Assembly (NCBI GenBank): GCA_002724635.1
Contig: PBPM01000101.1
Span: forward strand, 48,565 to 112,564
DNA length: 64,000 nt
From: Rhodospirillaceae bacterium
Lineage (GTDB): Bacteria > Pseudomonadota > Alphaproteobacteria > UBA6615
Reading direction: 5' to 3'
Below the pieces are notes generated by a model, which saw only the letters and a program-made list of their open reading frames with translations, ran no database searches and was not told where the DNA came from. Positions 31,756-41,636 of the stretch are shown piece after piece; within the stretch, counting starts at the first letter, position 1, and each line of letters begins with the position of its first letter. The translations under genes and the position numbers were made by a program.

Positions 31756-32774
31756 TCGCTTTCCGCCGGCAGGGTGCGCGGGCCGTGCGGATGGTCGGCA
31801 TGGGGATAGGGGTGATGGTTTCCGTGGTCATGATCATGATCGTGACCATGGCGGTAGCCGTGATCGTGGCCATGTTCATGGCTATGCCCGGTGCCGATCC
31901 CCTCCACGTGATGATGGTGGCTTTCCTGAGGTAGGCCGACCTCCGTTTCGAAGCCTAGCACCTGCTCACGGTACTTACACATCTGGCAGTTCATTAGGTT
32001 CGCGCCGTTGCGAATCTCGTCGACTCGGTCCGCGAAGGTCTCGAGCACTTGAGGGTGATCGTTCAGATAAGGCGCCTTGATGAACTGGATTTCCGGGTGA
32101 TTGGCGGCGACCATGTCCGTGTGATCGTAGATACGGTTGACCAAGACGCCAGTGAAAAGGAAATAGGGGAAGATCACGATTCGGCGGTATCCCAGCCTCA
32201 CCGCATGCATCAGGCCGGGCTGGACGAGCGGAAAGGTGACGCCGGAATAGGCGGTCTCACCCCAACCGAAGCCCAGACCTTCCCAAAGCATGCGCGAGAC
32301 CTTTGACACGTTGGAATTCGCGTCGGGGTCGGAGGCGCCGCGCCCCACGGTCAGGAGTATGGTCTCATCTAACGGCACGTCACCATGCTCGGCATTGGCG
32401 CGCTCGATCGCTTCCCGAACCCGGTCGCCGGCCGCACGGATCATCTTTAGATCGATGCCCAGCTCGCGACCGTAGATGATCTCGACGCCGGGATTCTGGG
32501 CCGCGTAGGTGTTCAGGACCGAGGGGATGTCGTTCTTGGCGTGGCCGGCGGCGAAAAGCATCCCGGGCAATGCAAAGATCCGGGTGACCCCGCGCTCAAC
32601 CAGCTTGTCTAGACCCTCGCGGATGATCGGCGTCGCAAACTCCAGGAATCCGTGTTCGACATCGCGATCCGGAAAGCGTGCCCGCAGGGCTTCGGCGACG
32701 ACGGCGAATTCCCGCACCGCGCGCTCGTCTCGGCTGCCGTGCCCGCACACCATAATCCCGAAATCATCGTACAT
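31752..32774 (-). CDS. cbiX: Sirohydrochlorin cobaltochelatase, long form (CbiX-L) with MxCxxC motif and His-rich tail
   Basis: ATG 32774 (MYDDFGIMVCGHGSRD...). Two CbiX half-domains (GHGSRD; VGRGASDPDANSN), then MNCQMCKY and HHHHVEGIGTGHSHEHGHDHGYRHGHDHDHDHGNHHPYPHADHPHG. Confidence 0.8.
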   Translation of the reverse strand: MYDDFGIMVCGHGSRDERAVREFAVVAEALRARFPDRDVEHGFLEFATPIIREGLDKLVERGVTRIFALPGMLFAAGHAKNDIPSVLNTYAAQNPGVEIIYGRELGIDLKMIRAAGDRVREAIERANAEHGDVPLDETILLTVGRGASDPDANSNVSKVSRMLWEGLGFGWGETAYSGVTFPLVQPGLMHAVRLGYRRIVIFPYFLFTGVLVNRIYDHTDMVAANHPEIQFIKAPYLNDHPQVLETFADRVDEIRNGANLMNCQMCKYREQVLGFETEVGLPQESHHHHVEGIGTGHSHEHGHDHGYRHGHDHDHDHGNHHPYPHADHPHGPRTLPAESE

Positions 32775-32905
32775 ATCTCGCTCCTCGCCCCGCAATAGAC
32801 CATGCCGGCCCCGCCTGGCCAAGGGGCAGGCACAGATGCCGCTAGAGGCATTCGGGGGCCCGCCCCGGATTGACCCGGCGCGGCCGGCGCTCGCAGGATG
32901 CCGTG

Positions 32906-33901
32906 ATGCTTCTCGACCCCGAAATCGCGGGCCTTTCGATTGCCGCCGTGCTGTTCGCGGCGCTGGTGATTGACGGGGTCTTCGGCGAGTTCGGGGCGTT
33001 GTTCCGGTATATTCCGCACCCGGTTGCGATGCTGGGTGCGCTGATCGGCTGGTTCGACCAGCGCCTCAACCACGAATGGCGGGGCGAGTCCGCGCGGCGC
33101 TTGCGGGGGGCACTTGTGGTAGCGGCGATGATCGCGCTCGCGGTGACAGTCGGCTGGGGTCTGAGCGAGGTCGCCCGGTCCTATCTCTACGGTTGGGCAG
33201 TGGAGCTGGCCGCGCTCACCCTGTTAATCGCTCAGCGCAGCCTGTTTGACCATGTCCGCAATGTCGCCAGAGCGCTCGATAGAGACGGGCGTGCGGGCGG
33301 CTGTGCGGCAGTCGCCCATATAGTCGGCCGCGACCCGAAGAACCTAGATGTCTACGGGGTGGCGCGGGCCGCGATCGAGAGCTTGGCGGAGAACTTCGCC
33401 GATGGCGTGGTAGCGCCGGTCTTCTGGTACCTGCTTTTCGGTCTGCCGGGCCTGCTCGTCTACAAGACCGTCAACACGATGGATTCGATGATCGGCTATC
33501 GCACCGCCCGTCACGCGGCGTTCGGCATGGTCGCGGCGCGTCTTGACGATGTCCTGAACTATGTCCCGGCGCGCATCGCTGCCGTGATGATCGTGCTGGC
33601 GAGTGCGTTCGTACCACGCGGCAGGCCCCTGTCGGCTCTGCGTGTGCTTGCCCGCGACGGGTGCAAGCATCGCTCGCCTAACGCCGGCTGGCCAGAGGCA
33701 GCGATGGCCGGCGGCATTGGTGTCGCCCTAGCGGGCCCGCGCGCTTATGACGGACGGGTCGAGAATGAACCGTGGGTCGGCGGCGAGTTCGGAGCCCGGG
33801 CCGGCAGCGGCGATATTCGCCGCGCGCTCCACCTGTTCGTGGTGGCGTGCCTGTTTGAGGCCATAATCGTCGCCCTGCTGGCCACGCTGCTAGTGCGTTG
33901 A
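32906..33901 (+). CDS. cbiB: Adenosylcobinamide-phosphate synthase
   Basis: ATG 32906 (MLLDPE...). A membrane protein with CbiB/CobD motifs IPHPVAMLG, YKTVNTMDSMIGYR and SPNAGWPEAAMAG. Confidence 0.9.
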   Translation: MLLDPEIAGLSIAAVLFAALVIDGVFGEFGALFRYIPHPVAMLGALIGWFDQRLNHEWRGESARRLRGALVVAAMIALAVTVGWGLSEVARSYLYGWAVELAALTLLIAQRSLFDHVRNVARALDRDGRAGGCAAVAHIVGRDPKNLDVYGVARAAIESLAENFADGVVAPVFWYLLFGLPGLLVYKTVNTMDSMIGYRTARHAAFGMVAARLDDVLNYVPARIAAVMIVLASAFVPRGRPLSALRVLARDGCKHRSPNAGWPEAAMAGGIGVALAGPRAYDGRVENEPWVGGEFGARAGSGDIRRALHLFVVACLFEAIIVALLATLLVR

Positions 33902-34069
33902 ATCCGCACTGTGAATACTTTGCCTTGGCCTAAACGACGGTTTCTGGGAAATCCTTGTGAATCGCACCGGCAAGCACTGCCTTAGGCGCAATGGCGAGCC
34001 AGATGGTTGCCGCCGCGATGGGTCAGGCATGATTTCAAAATGTGCATCGTCCGCTCCGCAGTCATGGCG

Positions 34070-35584
34070 TCATGCGCGGCGGGCAGTCTCCAAGATTTGC
34101 GCCGTGTCGAGATGCTCCTCTATGTGGTCGGCGAGGCGCTCGAGTACAACCTCAATATGTGCGTTCCAAGCGAAGCCCGTGGTTCGTGAGGGGTTTAGGC
34201 GTGCCAGAAACGCCTGACGGAATGTGTCCGCCGAGAAAAGGCCGTGCACATAGCTGCCTGCGACCCGTCCGCCGACGGCCTGTGCACCGTCTGGGCGTGG
34301 TTCCCCGCCGTCGTCCAGCAGCAACATTGGGGTTGCCGTATCGGGACCGGTCGTTTCCCCCATATGCATCTCGAAACCGGCGATCGTCGCGCCGGATTCA
34401 GCCGCGGATCCGGTGACCGCCGCGAGTTTCTTGTCTGATGCGATCACCGTCTCCACGTTCAGCAGGCCCAAGCCGCGAGTCTCACCGGGCGGGCCCTCGA
34501 TCCCGTGCGGGTCGGCGATGGCCCTGCCGAGCATCTGGTAGCCGCCGCAGATGCCGATCACATGGGCGCCACGCGCCGCCGCTGCGTCGATCTGGGCGGC
34601 CCACCCGCAATCGTGCAGGGCCTGCATGTCGGTGCGGGTGGATTTGGAACCGCACAGGAGAATGAGATTGGCGTCTGCAGGCATATCCTCGCCGTGTGTC
34701 ACCAGGCGCAGGGCAACGTCCGGTTCGGCGGCGAGCGGGTCCAGGTCGTCAAAGTTGGCGATGCGCGGCAGGTGTGGCACGGCGATCCGGATCTTCGCCG
34801 CGGACCAACCAATCCCCTCATAACGCGCGGCGAGCGATGCGGTGTCCTCGGCCGGCAGGTCCTGCGCGGCGTCGAGCCAGGGCAGGATTCCCAGCGACGG
34901 CATGCCGGTATGTCTGGCGATAATCGGCGGTGCGTCGTTGAATAGACTGACGTCGCCGCGGAACCGGTTGACGATGTAGCCCTTTAGGCGGGCCCGCTCG
35001 TCGGGCGACAGGAGAGTCCAGGTGCCCACCAGCGCGGCGATTACCCCGCCGCGCTCGATATCGCCGACCAGCAGAACGGGTACGTCAGCCGCTTCTGCGA
35101 ATCCCATGTTGGCGATATCGCCGACGCGGAGATTCACCTCGGCCGGGCTGCCCGCACCTTCGATAAGCACCAGATCGGCATCGGCGGCCAACCTGTCATA
35201 GGCGCTGGTCACGTCGTCCATGAGCCCGGGTTTGAGCGCGTGATAGTCCCGCGCGTCGGCGTTGCCCCGGACCCTGCCGTTCACAATCAGCTGGGCGCCG
35301 ATATCCGATTGGGGTTTGAGGAGCACCGGGTTCATGTCCGTGTGCGATGTAACGCCGGCGGCGCGCGCCTGTAGCGCTTGGGCCCGGCCGATCTCGCCCG
35401 AGGCACCGGCCCCCCGGGTCATCGCCGGCGCAGCATTGTTCGACATGTTCTGGGGCTTGAAGGGCCGCACTGCCAGCCCTTGTCGCGCGTACAGTCGCGC
35501 CAGACCGGCAACGATCAGCGACTTACCCACGTCCGAACCGGTGCCCTGGAGCATCACGGCCGGGGTTCTCGGCCTTAGGGTCAT
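34070..35584 (-). CDS. cobQ: Cobyric acid synthase
   Basis: 504 aa with N-terminal MLQGTGSDVGKS, GAGSPAEVNL, and a C-terminal amidotransferase domain ICGGYQMLG. Confidence 0.9.
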   Translation of the reverse strand: MTLRPRTPAVMLQGTGSDVGKSLIVAGLARLYARQGLAVRPFKPQNMSNNAAPAMTRGAGASGEIGRAQALQARAAGVTSHTDMNPVLLKPQSDIGAQLIVNGRVRGNADARDYHALKPGLMDDVTSAYDRLAADADLVLIEGAGSPAEVNLRVGDIANMGFAEAADVPVLLVGDIERGGVIAALVGTWTLLSPDERARLKGYIVNRFRGDVSLFNDAPPIIARHTGMPSLGILPWLDAAQDLPAEDTASLAARYEGIGWSAAKIRIAVPHLPRIANFDDLDPLAAEPDVALRLVTHGEDMPADANLILLCGSKSTRTDMQALHDCGWAAQIDAAAARGAHVIGICGGYQMLGRAIADPHGIEGPPGETRGLGLLNVETVIASDKKLAAVTGSAAESGATIAGFEMHMGETTGPDTATPMLLLDDGGEPRPDGAQAVGGRVAGSYVHGLFSADTFRQAFLARLNPSRTTGFAWNAHIEVVLERLADHIEEHLDTAQILETARRA

Positions 35585-35597
35585 GGCTGGAAGTGCC

Positions 35598-36218
35598 TCA
35601 GAACTCGATGCCCTTCTGTGCCTTTACGTCGTCGCGGAAGTGATGCTTTACCATGGTCATGTCGGTGACCATGTCGGCGGCCTCGACAAGCTCTGGTTTC
35701 GCGTTGCGTCCGGTGACGACCACATGCATATCGGGCTGTTTTGCGTTGAGGCCCGCGACGACCTTATTGATGTCGAGATGGTCGTAGCGCAGCGGGATGT
35801 TGAGTTCGTCGAGCACCACGAGGCCATATTGCGGGTCGGCGATCATTTCCTTCGCCATCTCCCAGGCGGCTTCGGCGGCGGCGATGTCGCGCTGGCGGTC
35901 CTGAGAATCCCAGCTAAAACCCTCGCCCATGACCCGGATGGTCACGCGGTCAGGGAAAGCCTCGAGAATCTCGCGCTCGCCGGTCTCCCACTTGCCCTTC
36001 ACGAACTGGACGATACCGACCTTAAGGCCGTTGCCCAGCGCGCGTATGGCCAGCCCCATGGCGGCCGTCGTCTTGCCTTTGCCCTTGCCGGTGTGGACCA
36101 TCAGCAGGCCCTTCTCCCGGGTCTTGGTTGCGAGAATTCGGTCGCGCGCGGCCTTCTGCTTGCGCTTCTTCTCAGCCCAGCGGGCGTCGTCATTTTCATT
36201 CTTTGCGCTGTCGCTCAT
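35598..36218 (-). CDS. cobO: Cob(I)yrinic acid a,c-diamide adenosyltransferase
   Basis: 206 aa with HTGKGKGKTTAAMGLAIRALGNG, LVVLDELN and VVTGRNA. 4-nt overlap with the cobN stop. Confidence 0.9.
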   Translation of the reverse strand: MSDSAKNENDDARWAEKKRKQKAARDRILATKTREKGLLMVHTGKGKGKTTAAMGLAIRALGNGLKVGIVQFVKGKWETGEREILEAFPDRVTIRVMGEGFSWDSQDRQRDIAAAEAAWEMAKEMIADPQYGLVVLDELNIPLRYDHLDINKVVAGLNAKQPDMHVVVTGRNAKPELVEAADMVTDMTMVKHHFRDDVKAQKGIEF

Positions 36219-39200
36219 GCAATCTCCTCCCGCCGGGGCCCGGCCAGCTTATGGAGCCGAGCATAGGCCGAGTTGGATCGTGCCCGCCACAGGCCGCGTT
36301 CGGCGGCTTCGAGGAAGCGTTCGGCCATCTCGGTCAGCGCGGCGGGGTTGTGTTCGGCGAGAAACGCACGTACCCGGTCGTCGTCTAGGAAGGCCGAATA
36401 AACAGCGTCGAACTGGTCGTCGCGCACAGCGCTCGTGGTTGCGGCGAAGGCGAACAGGTAGTCGACCGTCGCCGCCATCTCGAACGCGCCCTTGTAGCCG
36501 TGGCGCATGACGCCGGCGATCCATTTGGGATTGGTCACGCGCCCGCGTACGACGCGGGAGATCTCGGCCTCCAGCGTGCGGATTGCCGGGGCGAAGTGCC
36601 GCGAATGGTCGTTGTGATAAACCGTCGGCTCACGGCCAGATTCCGCCGTGACCGCCGCCGCCATCCCGCCCTCGAACTGGTAGTAGTCGTCGCTGTCCAG
36701 CAGGTCGTGCTCGCGATTGTCCTGATTCTGGATCACCGCCTCGACCTGGCTGAGGCGCGCGGCGAAGGTGCCGTGCGCCGCAATCCCGTAGGCTTTGCCC
36801 TGGCCGTCGCCCGTGCCCGCTCCATAGGCCCAGCCGCCCCAGGCGATGTAAGCGGCGGCGAGATCGTCGGCGGTCACCCAGCCGCGCCCGTCTATCAGTG
36901 CCTGCAGCCCGGCGCCGTAGGCGCCGGGTTTCGATCCGAAGACGCGGAAGCTCGCGCGTCGGAACGCCTCGTCCTCGGACACACCGGTGGCAACTAGCCG
37001 GGCGGATTCGGCGGCGGCCCGTTCAACGATCGGGTTGTCGCGAGGGCTCTCGTCCGTGATCGCGGCGATTGCGGTGACGGCGCTGTCGAACAGGTCGATA
37101 AGGCCGGGGAAGGCGTCGCGGAAGAAACCCGATACCCGCAGGGTCACGTCGACCCGTGGCCGGTCGAGCACCGAAACTGGCATGATCTCGAACCCGGTCA
37201 CCCGGCGCGAGGCGCCATCCCAGTTTGGCTGCGCGCCGATCAGTGCAAGGGCCTGTGCGATGTCGTCGCCGCCGGTGCGCATGTTACTGGTGCCCCAGGC
37301 CGACAGGGCGACCGCGCGGGGCCAGTCGCCATTGGCCTGGGCGTGGGTCTCGACTAGGAGTTGCGCGGATTTCCAGCCCAGTTCCCAGGCTGCCGGGGTT
37401 GGCACAGTGCGCGTATCGACCGAGTAGAAGTTTCGTCCCGTGGGCAGCACGTCCGTGCGGCCCTGGGTGGGCGCACCCGAGGGGCCGGGGGGAAGAAACC
37501 GCCCGTCGAGTCCTGTAAGAAGTCCCGCGAGTTCTGCGGCGCCGGAAGCATCGACCGCGGGCTCGAGAGTTTCCGTCAGCTGATCCAGCACCGCTGTTGT
37601 CATGGTCCATGCGGGGTCCGGCGAGGCGGTGCCCTCGATCAGTTCCGTCGCGTGTTGTTCCAGCCGCTCGACGGTGTCTCCCGCGGTGCGCCAAGGTCGG
37701 TCGCCGTCGAGTTCGTGTGGTCGTGGGCCGTCCCAAGGCGCGGCGAAATCACAGTCGAGCGGATCGAAGCCGAGGTCTAGGTCGTCGGCGAGCGTGCGCA
37801 GGAGCGATGCGTCTTCCTGTCCCGCCGTTCCGCGGGGCAGGCGTACCAGCGCGGACAGCAGCCCGGTGCGCAGCGATCCCTCCGGGGTCTTCCCGAACAC
37901 ATGTAGCCCGTCGCGAATCTGCAGCTCTTTGAGTTCGCAAAGATAGCCGTCGAGGCGGTTGAGCGCGTCCGTATCGGCTAGGTCGGCGTCGGCAGCGAAT
38001 CCCAGGTCTCGGTCGAGGCCGGTCTCGCGCACGAGTGCTACGATCTGGCGGCCAAGGACCGCGAGGCGACGTGGGTCCACGTTGGCGGCCTCGTAATACT
38101 CGTCTACTAGTGCCTCGAGATCCTTAAGTGGGCCATAGGTCTCGGCGCGGGCGAGCGGCGGCGTCAGATGATCGACGATCACCGCCGCGGCCCGGCGCTT
38201 GGCCTGAGTGCCTTCCCCCGGGTCGTTGACGATGAACGGATAGATGTGGGGGAGCGGCCCAAGTGCGGCCTCGGGGAAGCAGTCCTCCGACAGGGCCACG
38301 GCCTTACCCGGCAGCCATTCAAGGTTGCCATGCTTGCCGAAATGGACGACCGCGTCGGCGGCGAAGGCATCGCGTAGCCAAGCGTAGAAGGCAAGGTAGC
38401 CGTGGGGTGGCACCAGGTCCGGGTCATGATAGCTCGCGGCCGGGTCGATGTTGTAGCCGCGCGCCGGTTGCAGCCCGATGGCGACATTTCCGCAGCGGAA
38501 GGCGGGGATGGCGAAGGCGCCGCAGTCGTTATGGGTGGCGAGGAACATCGGGTCGGCCTCGGGCGGCCCCCAGCGTTCGGTCACTGTGTCGCGGACGGCA
38601 CCGGGCAAGTGCGCGAAGAAGGTTTCATAGTCGGGCAGTGCCAGTGTCTCTTCGATTATCCGCCTGGTGATTCCGGCATTGGTGGGGCCGGTCTGGAGGC
38701 GCGCGACCAGCGCACCGCCATCCGCTGGCGCCTCTTCGATCGCGTAGCCCGCGGCGATCATGGCCTCGAGCGCTGAGACCACGCCGGCCGGCGTGTCAAG
38801 GCCGACCCCGTTGCCGATTCGTCCGTCCCGGTTGGGATAGTTAGCTAGCACGATCGCGACCTTACGATCCGCGGCCGAGGCGTTTCGCAGGCTCGCCCAG
38901 TTTGCTGCGAGCCCCGCCGTGAAGTCGATGCGGTCCTGCACGGGTTCGTAGGCGACGATGTCGGTCTCTGTCAGTGCGTCACGTACGGTTGTACCCTTGA
39001 ACGAGACCGCCCGCGTCAACACCCGCCCGTCTACCTCGGGCAGGGCGACGTTCATGGCGATGTCGCGGGCCGACAGGCCGTTCGCGCCAGTACGCCAGCC
39101 CTCGACGTCGGATCCGGCGAAGACCGTCTGCAGCAGCGCCGCGTCTGTCTCGGCCAGCGGCCCGCGCGCGAACGGCGCACCCGGGGCCGACAGGGCGAAC

Positions 39201-40009
39201 CCGGTAGCATTGAGGATCACGTCCGGCGGGGCGACCGCGAACGTCTCGGCGATCATCGCGGCGGCGAGCGGATCCTTGAGGCTGGCGGCATGGATCGGCA
39301 GCGGGTTGAGGCCATGCTTCTGCAAGGCGTCGATCAGCGCGTCCACCGGCGCCAGGGTCGCCGCCTGCATGAGCGCCCGGTAGAACAGGATGCCGGCGAC
39401 CGGTGCGCCGTCGGTCCAGTGCGCCCGCAGGGCATCGAGGGAGACCTCGCTCTCGCCCGGCCAGTAGAGCCCGGCCCGGGTGAGTGGTGCGGGTTCGTGC
39501 CAGTCGGTGGTGTGGCCGATCAGGTGCTCGGCGAAGGCGAGGAAGTTGCCCGCATTGGCAATGCCGCCATGGACGAGATACTGCCAGAGGCGATGGGTTG
39601 CGTCCGCGTCGAGGGAGCTCAGGTTCGACAGTTCCGCGTCGGGCTGGTCGTCGCCGGGGAGAAGGGCGACGGGGGTGTCGGCGGCACGGCACGCCACGAC
39701 AATCTCGTCGACGCCGTACGCCCAGTAGCTCCGCCCACCGAGGAGACGGCAGACCACCAGCTTCGCGTGGCGCACCATCTCGTCCACATAGAGATCGACT
39801 GACATGTTGTGGCCGAGGCGCAAATAGTTGGCGAGGCGGAGGCTGGGCGCGGCCGGGTCGTCCGCGTGCCGGGTGCGATTGGCCATCGCCAGCGCTGCGA
39901 TCTCCGTGTCCGCTGACGTTAGCACGAGGATGTCGCCCGGGGTCTGCCCGAGATCAACGGCTTCGGAGCCGTCGTCGATGGACCCCGGGACGGCGGCTAG
40001 GAGGTGCAT
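36215..40009 (-). CDS. cobN: Cobaltochelatase large subunit CobN
   Basis: 1264 aa, the CobN/Mg-chelatase-H size class, with characteristic blocks VVHFGKHGNLEWLPGKA, IYPFIVNDPGEG and LDGRFLPPGPSGAPT. Confidence 0.9.
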   Translation of the reverse strand: MHLLAAVPGSIDDGSEAVDLGQTPGDILVLTSADTEIAALAMANRTRHADDPAAPSLRLANYLRLGHNMSVDLYVDEMVRHAKLVVCRLLGGRSYWAYGVDEIVVACRAADTPVALLPGDDQPDAELSNLSSLDADATHRLWQYLVHGGIANAGNFLAFAEHLIGHTTDWHEPAPLTRAGLYWPGESEVSLDALRAHWTDGAPVAGILFYRALMQAATLAPVDALIDALQKHGLNPLPIHAASLKDPLAAAMIAETFAVAPPDVILNATGFALSAPGAPFARGPLAETDAALLQTVFAGSDVEGWRTGANGLSARDIAMNVALPEVDGRVLTRAVSFKGTTVRDALTETDIVAYEPVQDRIDFTAGLAANWASLRNASAADRKVAIVLANYPNRDGRIGNGVGLDTPAGVVSALEAMIAAGYAIEEAPADGGALVARLQTGPTNAGITRRIIEETLALPDYETFFAHLPGAVRDTVTERWGPPEADPMFLATHNDCGAFAIPAFRCGNVAIGLQPARGYNIDPAASYHDPDLVPPHGYLAFYAWLRDAFAADAVVHFGKHGNLEWLPGKAVALSEDCFPEAALGPLPHIYPFIVNDPGEGTQAKRRAAAVIVDHLTPPLARAETYGPLKDLEALVDEYYEAANVDPRRLAVLGRQIVALVRETGLDRDLGFAADADLADTDALNRLDGYLCELKELQIRDGLHVFGKTPEGSLRTGLLSALVRLPRGTAGQEDASLLRTLADDLDLGFDPLDCDFAAPWDGPRPHELDGDRPWRTAGDTVERLEQHATELIEGTASPDPAWTMTTAVLDQLTETLEPAVDASGAAELAGLLTGLDGRFLPPGPSGAPTQGRTDVLPTGRNFYSVDTRTVPTPAAWELGWKSAQLLVETHAQANGDWPRAVALSAWGTSNMRTGGDDIAQALALIGAQPNWDGASRRVTGFEIMPVSVLDRPRVDVTLRVSGFFRDAFPGLIDLFDSAVTAIAAITDESPRDNPIVERAAAESARLVATGVSEDEAFRRASFRVFGSKPGAYGAGLQALIDGRGWVTADDLAAAYIAWGGWAYGAGTGDGQGKAYGIAAHGTFAARLSQVEAVIQNQDNREHDLLDSDDYYQFEGGMAAAVTAESGREPTVYHNDHSRHFAPAIRTLEAEISRVVRGRVTNPKWIAGVMRHGYKGAFEMAATVDYLFAFAATTSAVRDDQFDAVYSAFLDDDRVRAFLAEHNPAALTEMAERFLEAAERGLWRARSNSAYARLHKLAGPRREEIA

Positions 40010-41034
40010 CAGGCGTCCCGGATTGCCGCTTCGATGCCGGCTCGGTCCATGCCGGTCCGCCCGATCACGACAAGCTCCGTACGCGGTGTCTCGTCGGCCG
40101 CCCAGTCCCGGTCGAAATAGCGCTGGAAGCGGCTGCCGACGCCTTGTACCACGAGGCGCCGAGGCTTGCCGGGGACATGGGCGAAGCCCTTGATGCGGAA
40201 GATGTCATGAACGGCAACGGCGTCGATCAGGCGCCGTTCGAGGGCATCCGCGTCGTCCACCGGGCCGAGCGCGACGGTGAAGCTGTCGAAGTCGTCATGG
40301 TCGTGCTTGTCGGCGTCATCATGGATGCTGGGCCGCGTGTCGAGGCTGGCCTCGGCCTCGGTGTCGAGCCCGAGCAGCACCGCCGGATCGAGTTGGCCGT
40401 GGGTTGCGGCGACGGTGCGCACCCCCGCGCGTCGGTGGGGTGCGAGTGCGGCCTCGACCGACCGGTCGCCGTCCGGCAACAGGTCCGCCTTGTTGACGAT
40501 GATAAGGTCGGCGCAACTCACTTGGTCCACGAACAGTTCCTCGAGCGGATTGTTATGGTCCAGCGACGGGTCCTCTGCCTGGGCTGCGGCGATCGCGTCG
40601 GGATCGTTAGCGAAGCGCCCGGCCGCGACGGCGGCCGCATCAACCACGGTCACCACGCCATCCACCGTGGCCCGGGCACGGACCTCGGGCCAGGTGAACG
40701 CCTTGATCAGGGGCTTGGGAAGTGCGAGGCCGGACGTCTCGATGACAATGTGATCCGGCGGCTCGTCGCGATCGAGCAGGGCCGAGATGGTCGGCAGAAA
40801 ATCATCGGCCACGGTACAGCAGATGCAGCCATTGGCCAGCTCGACGACATCGTCTTTCTGGCAGCCGAGGATCGCACAGCCCTCGATGATGCCGCGGTCA
40901 ATGCCCAGATCGCCGAACTCGTTGATGATCAGCGCGACCCGCCGGCCGCCGGCATTCTCTAGGAGATGGCGGATCAGGCTCGTCTTGCCAGCACCGAGGA
41001 AGCCGGTGACGACGGTGGCGGGAATGCGGTTCAT
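40009..41034 (-). CDS. cobW: Cobalamin biosynthesis GTPase / metallochaperone CobW (COG0523, G3E family)
   Basis: Walker A GFLGAGKTSL, metal motif GCICCTV, VNKADL, and a His/Asp-rich linker HDDADKHDHDDFD. ATGA overlap with the cobU stop and a 1-nt overlap with the cobN start. Confidence 0.9.
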   Translation of the reverse strand: MNRIPATVVTGFLGAGKTSLIRHLLENAGGRRVALIINEFGDLGIDRGIIEGCAILGCQKDDVVELANGCICCTVADDFLPTISALLDRDEPPDHIVIETSGLALPKPLIKAFTWPEVRARATVDGVVTVVDAAAVAAGRFANDPDAIAAAQAEDPSLDHNNPLEELFVDQVSCADLIIVNKADLLPDGDRSVEAALAPHRRAGVRTVAATHGQLDPAVLLGLDTEAEASLDTRPSIHDDADKHDHDDFDSFTVALGPVDDADALERRLIDAVAVHDIFRIKGFAHVPGKPRRLVVQGVGSRFQRYFDRDWAADETPRTELVVIGRTGMDRAGIEAAIRDA

Positions 41035-41636
41035 GACAACTCGTTCTTCAGGGTGATGGGCAGGCCAGCGGCGATGAACTCGACCCGGTTGGCCTGGGCC
41101 GCGATCTGTTGGTTGAGATGGCCGGCGGCGTCGCGGAAGGCGCGCGCTAGGGCGTTATCGGGGACGATGCCGAGCCCCACCTCGGTGGACACGCAGACCA
41201 CGGGCCCCTTCGCATGTTCGAACGCGTCGAGCAGGCTCTTGGTCTCGGCGTCGAGGTCGAGCTCGGCATGCATCACGTTCGATAGCCACAGGGTCAGGCA
41301 ATCGATTAGAGCTGGTTGCCCTTCGGCGGTTGCAGAGCCGATAGTCTCGGCCAGTGTAAGTAGGGTCTCCTTGGTGTGCCAGCGATCGCCTCGCCGCGCC
41401 TGATGCTGGGCGATCCGGTTGACCATCTCACGGTCCCCAGCCTCCGCCGTCGCGATATAGGTCGGCCGAACGATATTCATGCCCACCTCGAGATGACAGG
41501 TAATCAGATTCTCGGCGTGATGGCTCTTGCCCGACCGTGCCCCGCCGAGGACTAGTGTCAGCGGGGGCAACAGCGCACCGTCGCCGGTCGCGGGGCTCGT
41601 CGTTTTAGACCGGAGGCCGGTCGGGTCGTCGGTCAC
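41031..41636 (-). CDS. cobU: Adenosylcobinamide kinase / adenosylcobinamide-phosphate guanylyltransferase (CobU in Salmonella, CobP in Pseudomonas denitrificans nomenclature)
   Basis: P-loop LVLGGARSGKS, then YIATAEAGDREMVNRIAQHQARR. I prefer GTG 41636 because GGGAGGAGGAG lies about 7 nt upstream. The ORF-track start 41675 is also GTG but lies inside the riboswitch expression platform. Confidence 0.85.
   Translation of the reverse strand: MTDDPTGLRSKTTSPATGDGALLPPLTLVLGGARSGKSHHAENLITCHLEVGMNIVRPTYIATAEAGDREMVNRIAQHQARRGDRWHTKETLLTLAETIGSATAEGQPALIDCLTLWLSNVMHAELDLDAETKSLLDAFEHAKGPVVCVSTEVGLGIVPDNALARAFRDAAGHLNQQIAAQANRVEFIAAGLPITLKNELS

Noticed and set aside
31780-31930. Repetitive CAT/GAT/CAC/GAC DNA as a tandem repeat or CRISPR-like array.
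   Set aside because: It is simply the coding sequence of the His/Asp-rich CbiX tail. It has no spacer-repeat periodicity and the frame is intact.
32775-32905. Possible second cobalamin riboswitch in the divergent cbiX/cbiB spacer. The minus-strand reading contains GGTCAATCCGGGGCGGGCCCCCGAATG and GGCCAGGCGGGGCC, loosely like the GGUG..AAUCC..GCCCCCGC and B12-box blocks.
   Set aside because: The AGGGAA, CCACUGG and GGGAAGG blocks are missing, the spacer is only about 130 nt, and the similarity could be GC-rich chance. It needs Infernal to settle, so it is not reported as a feature.
39484-40962. Long antisense ORFs opposite well-supported genes. Examples: 39484-40962 (492 aa, opposite cobN/cobW), 35262-36266 (opposite cobQ/cobO), 24399-25358 (opposite cobK), 12109-13011 (opposite gyrB), 2000-2911 (opposite ubiB) and 46515-47342 (opposite regB).
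   Set aside because: They are Arg/Ala/Gly/Pro-rich low-complexity translations typical of stop-poor antisense frames in high-GC DNA. The sense genes carry unambiguous family motifs.
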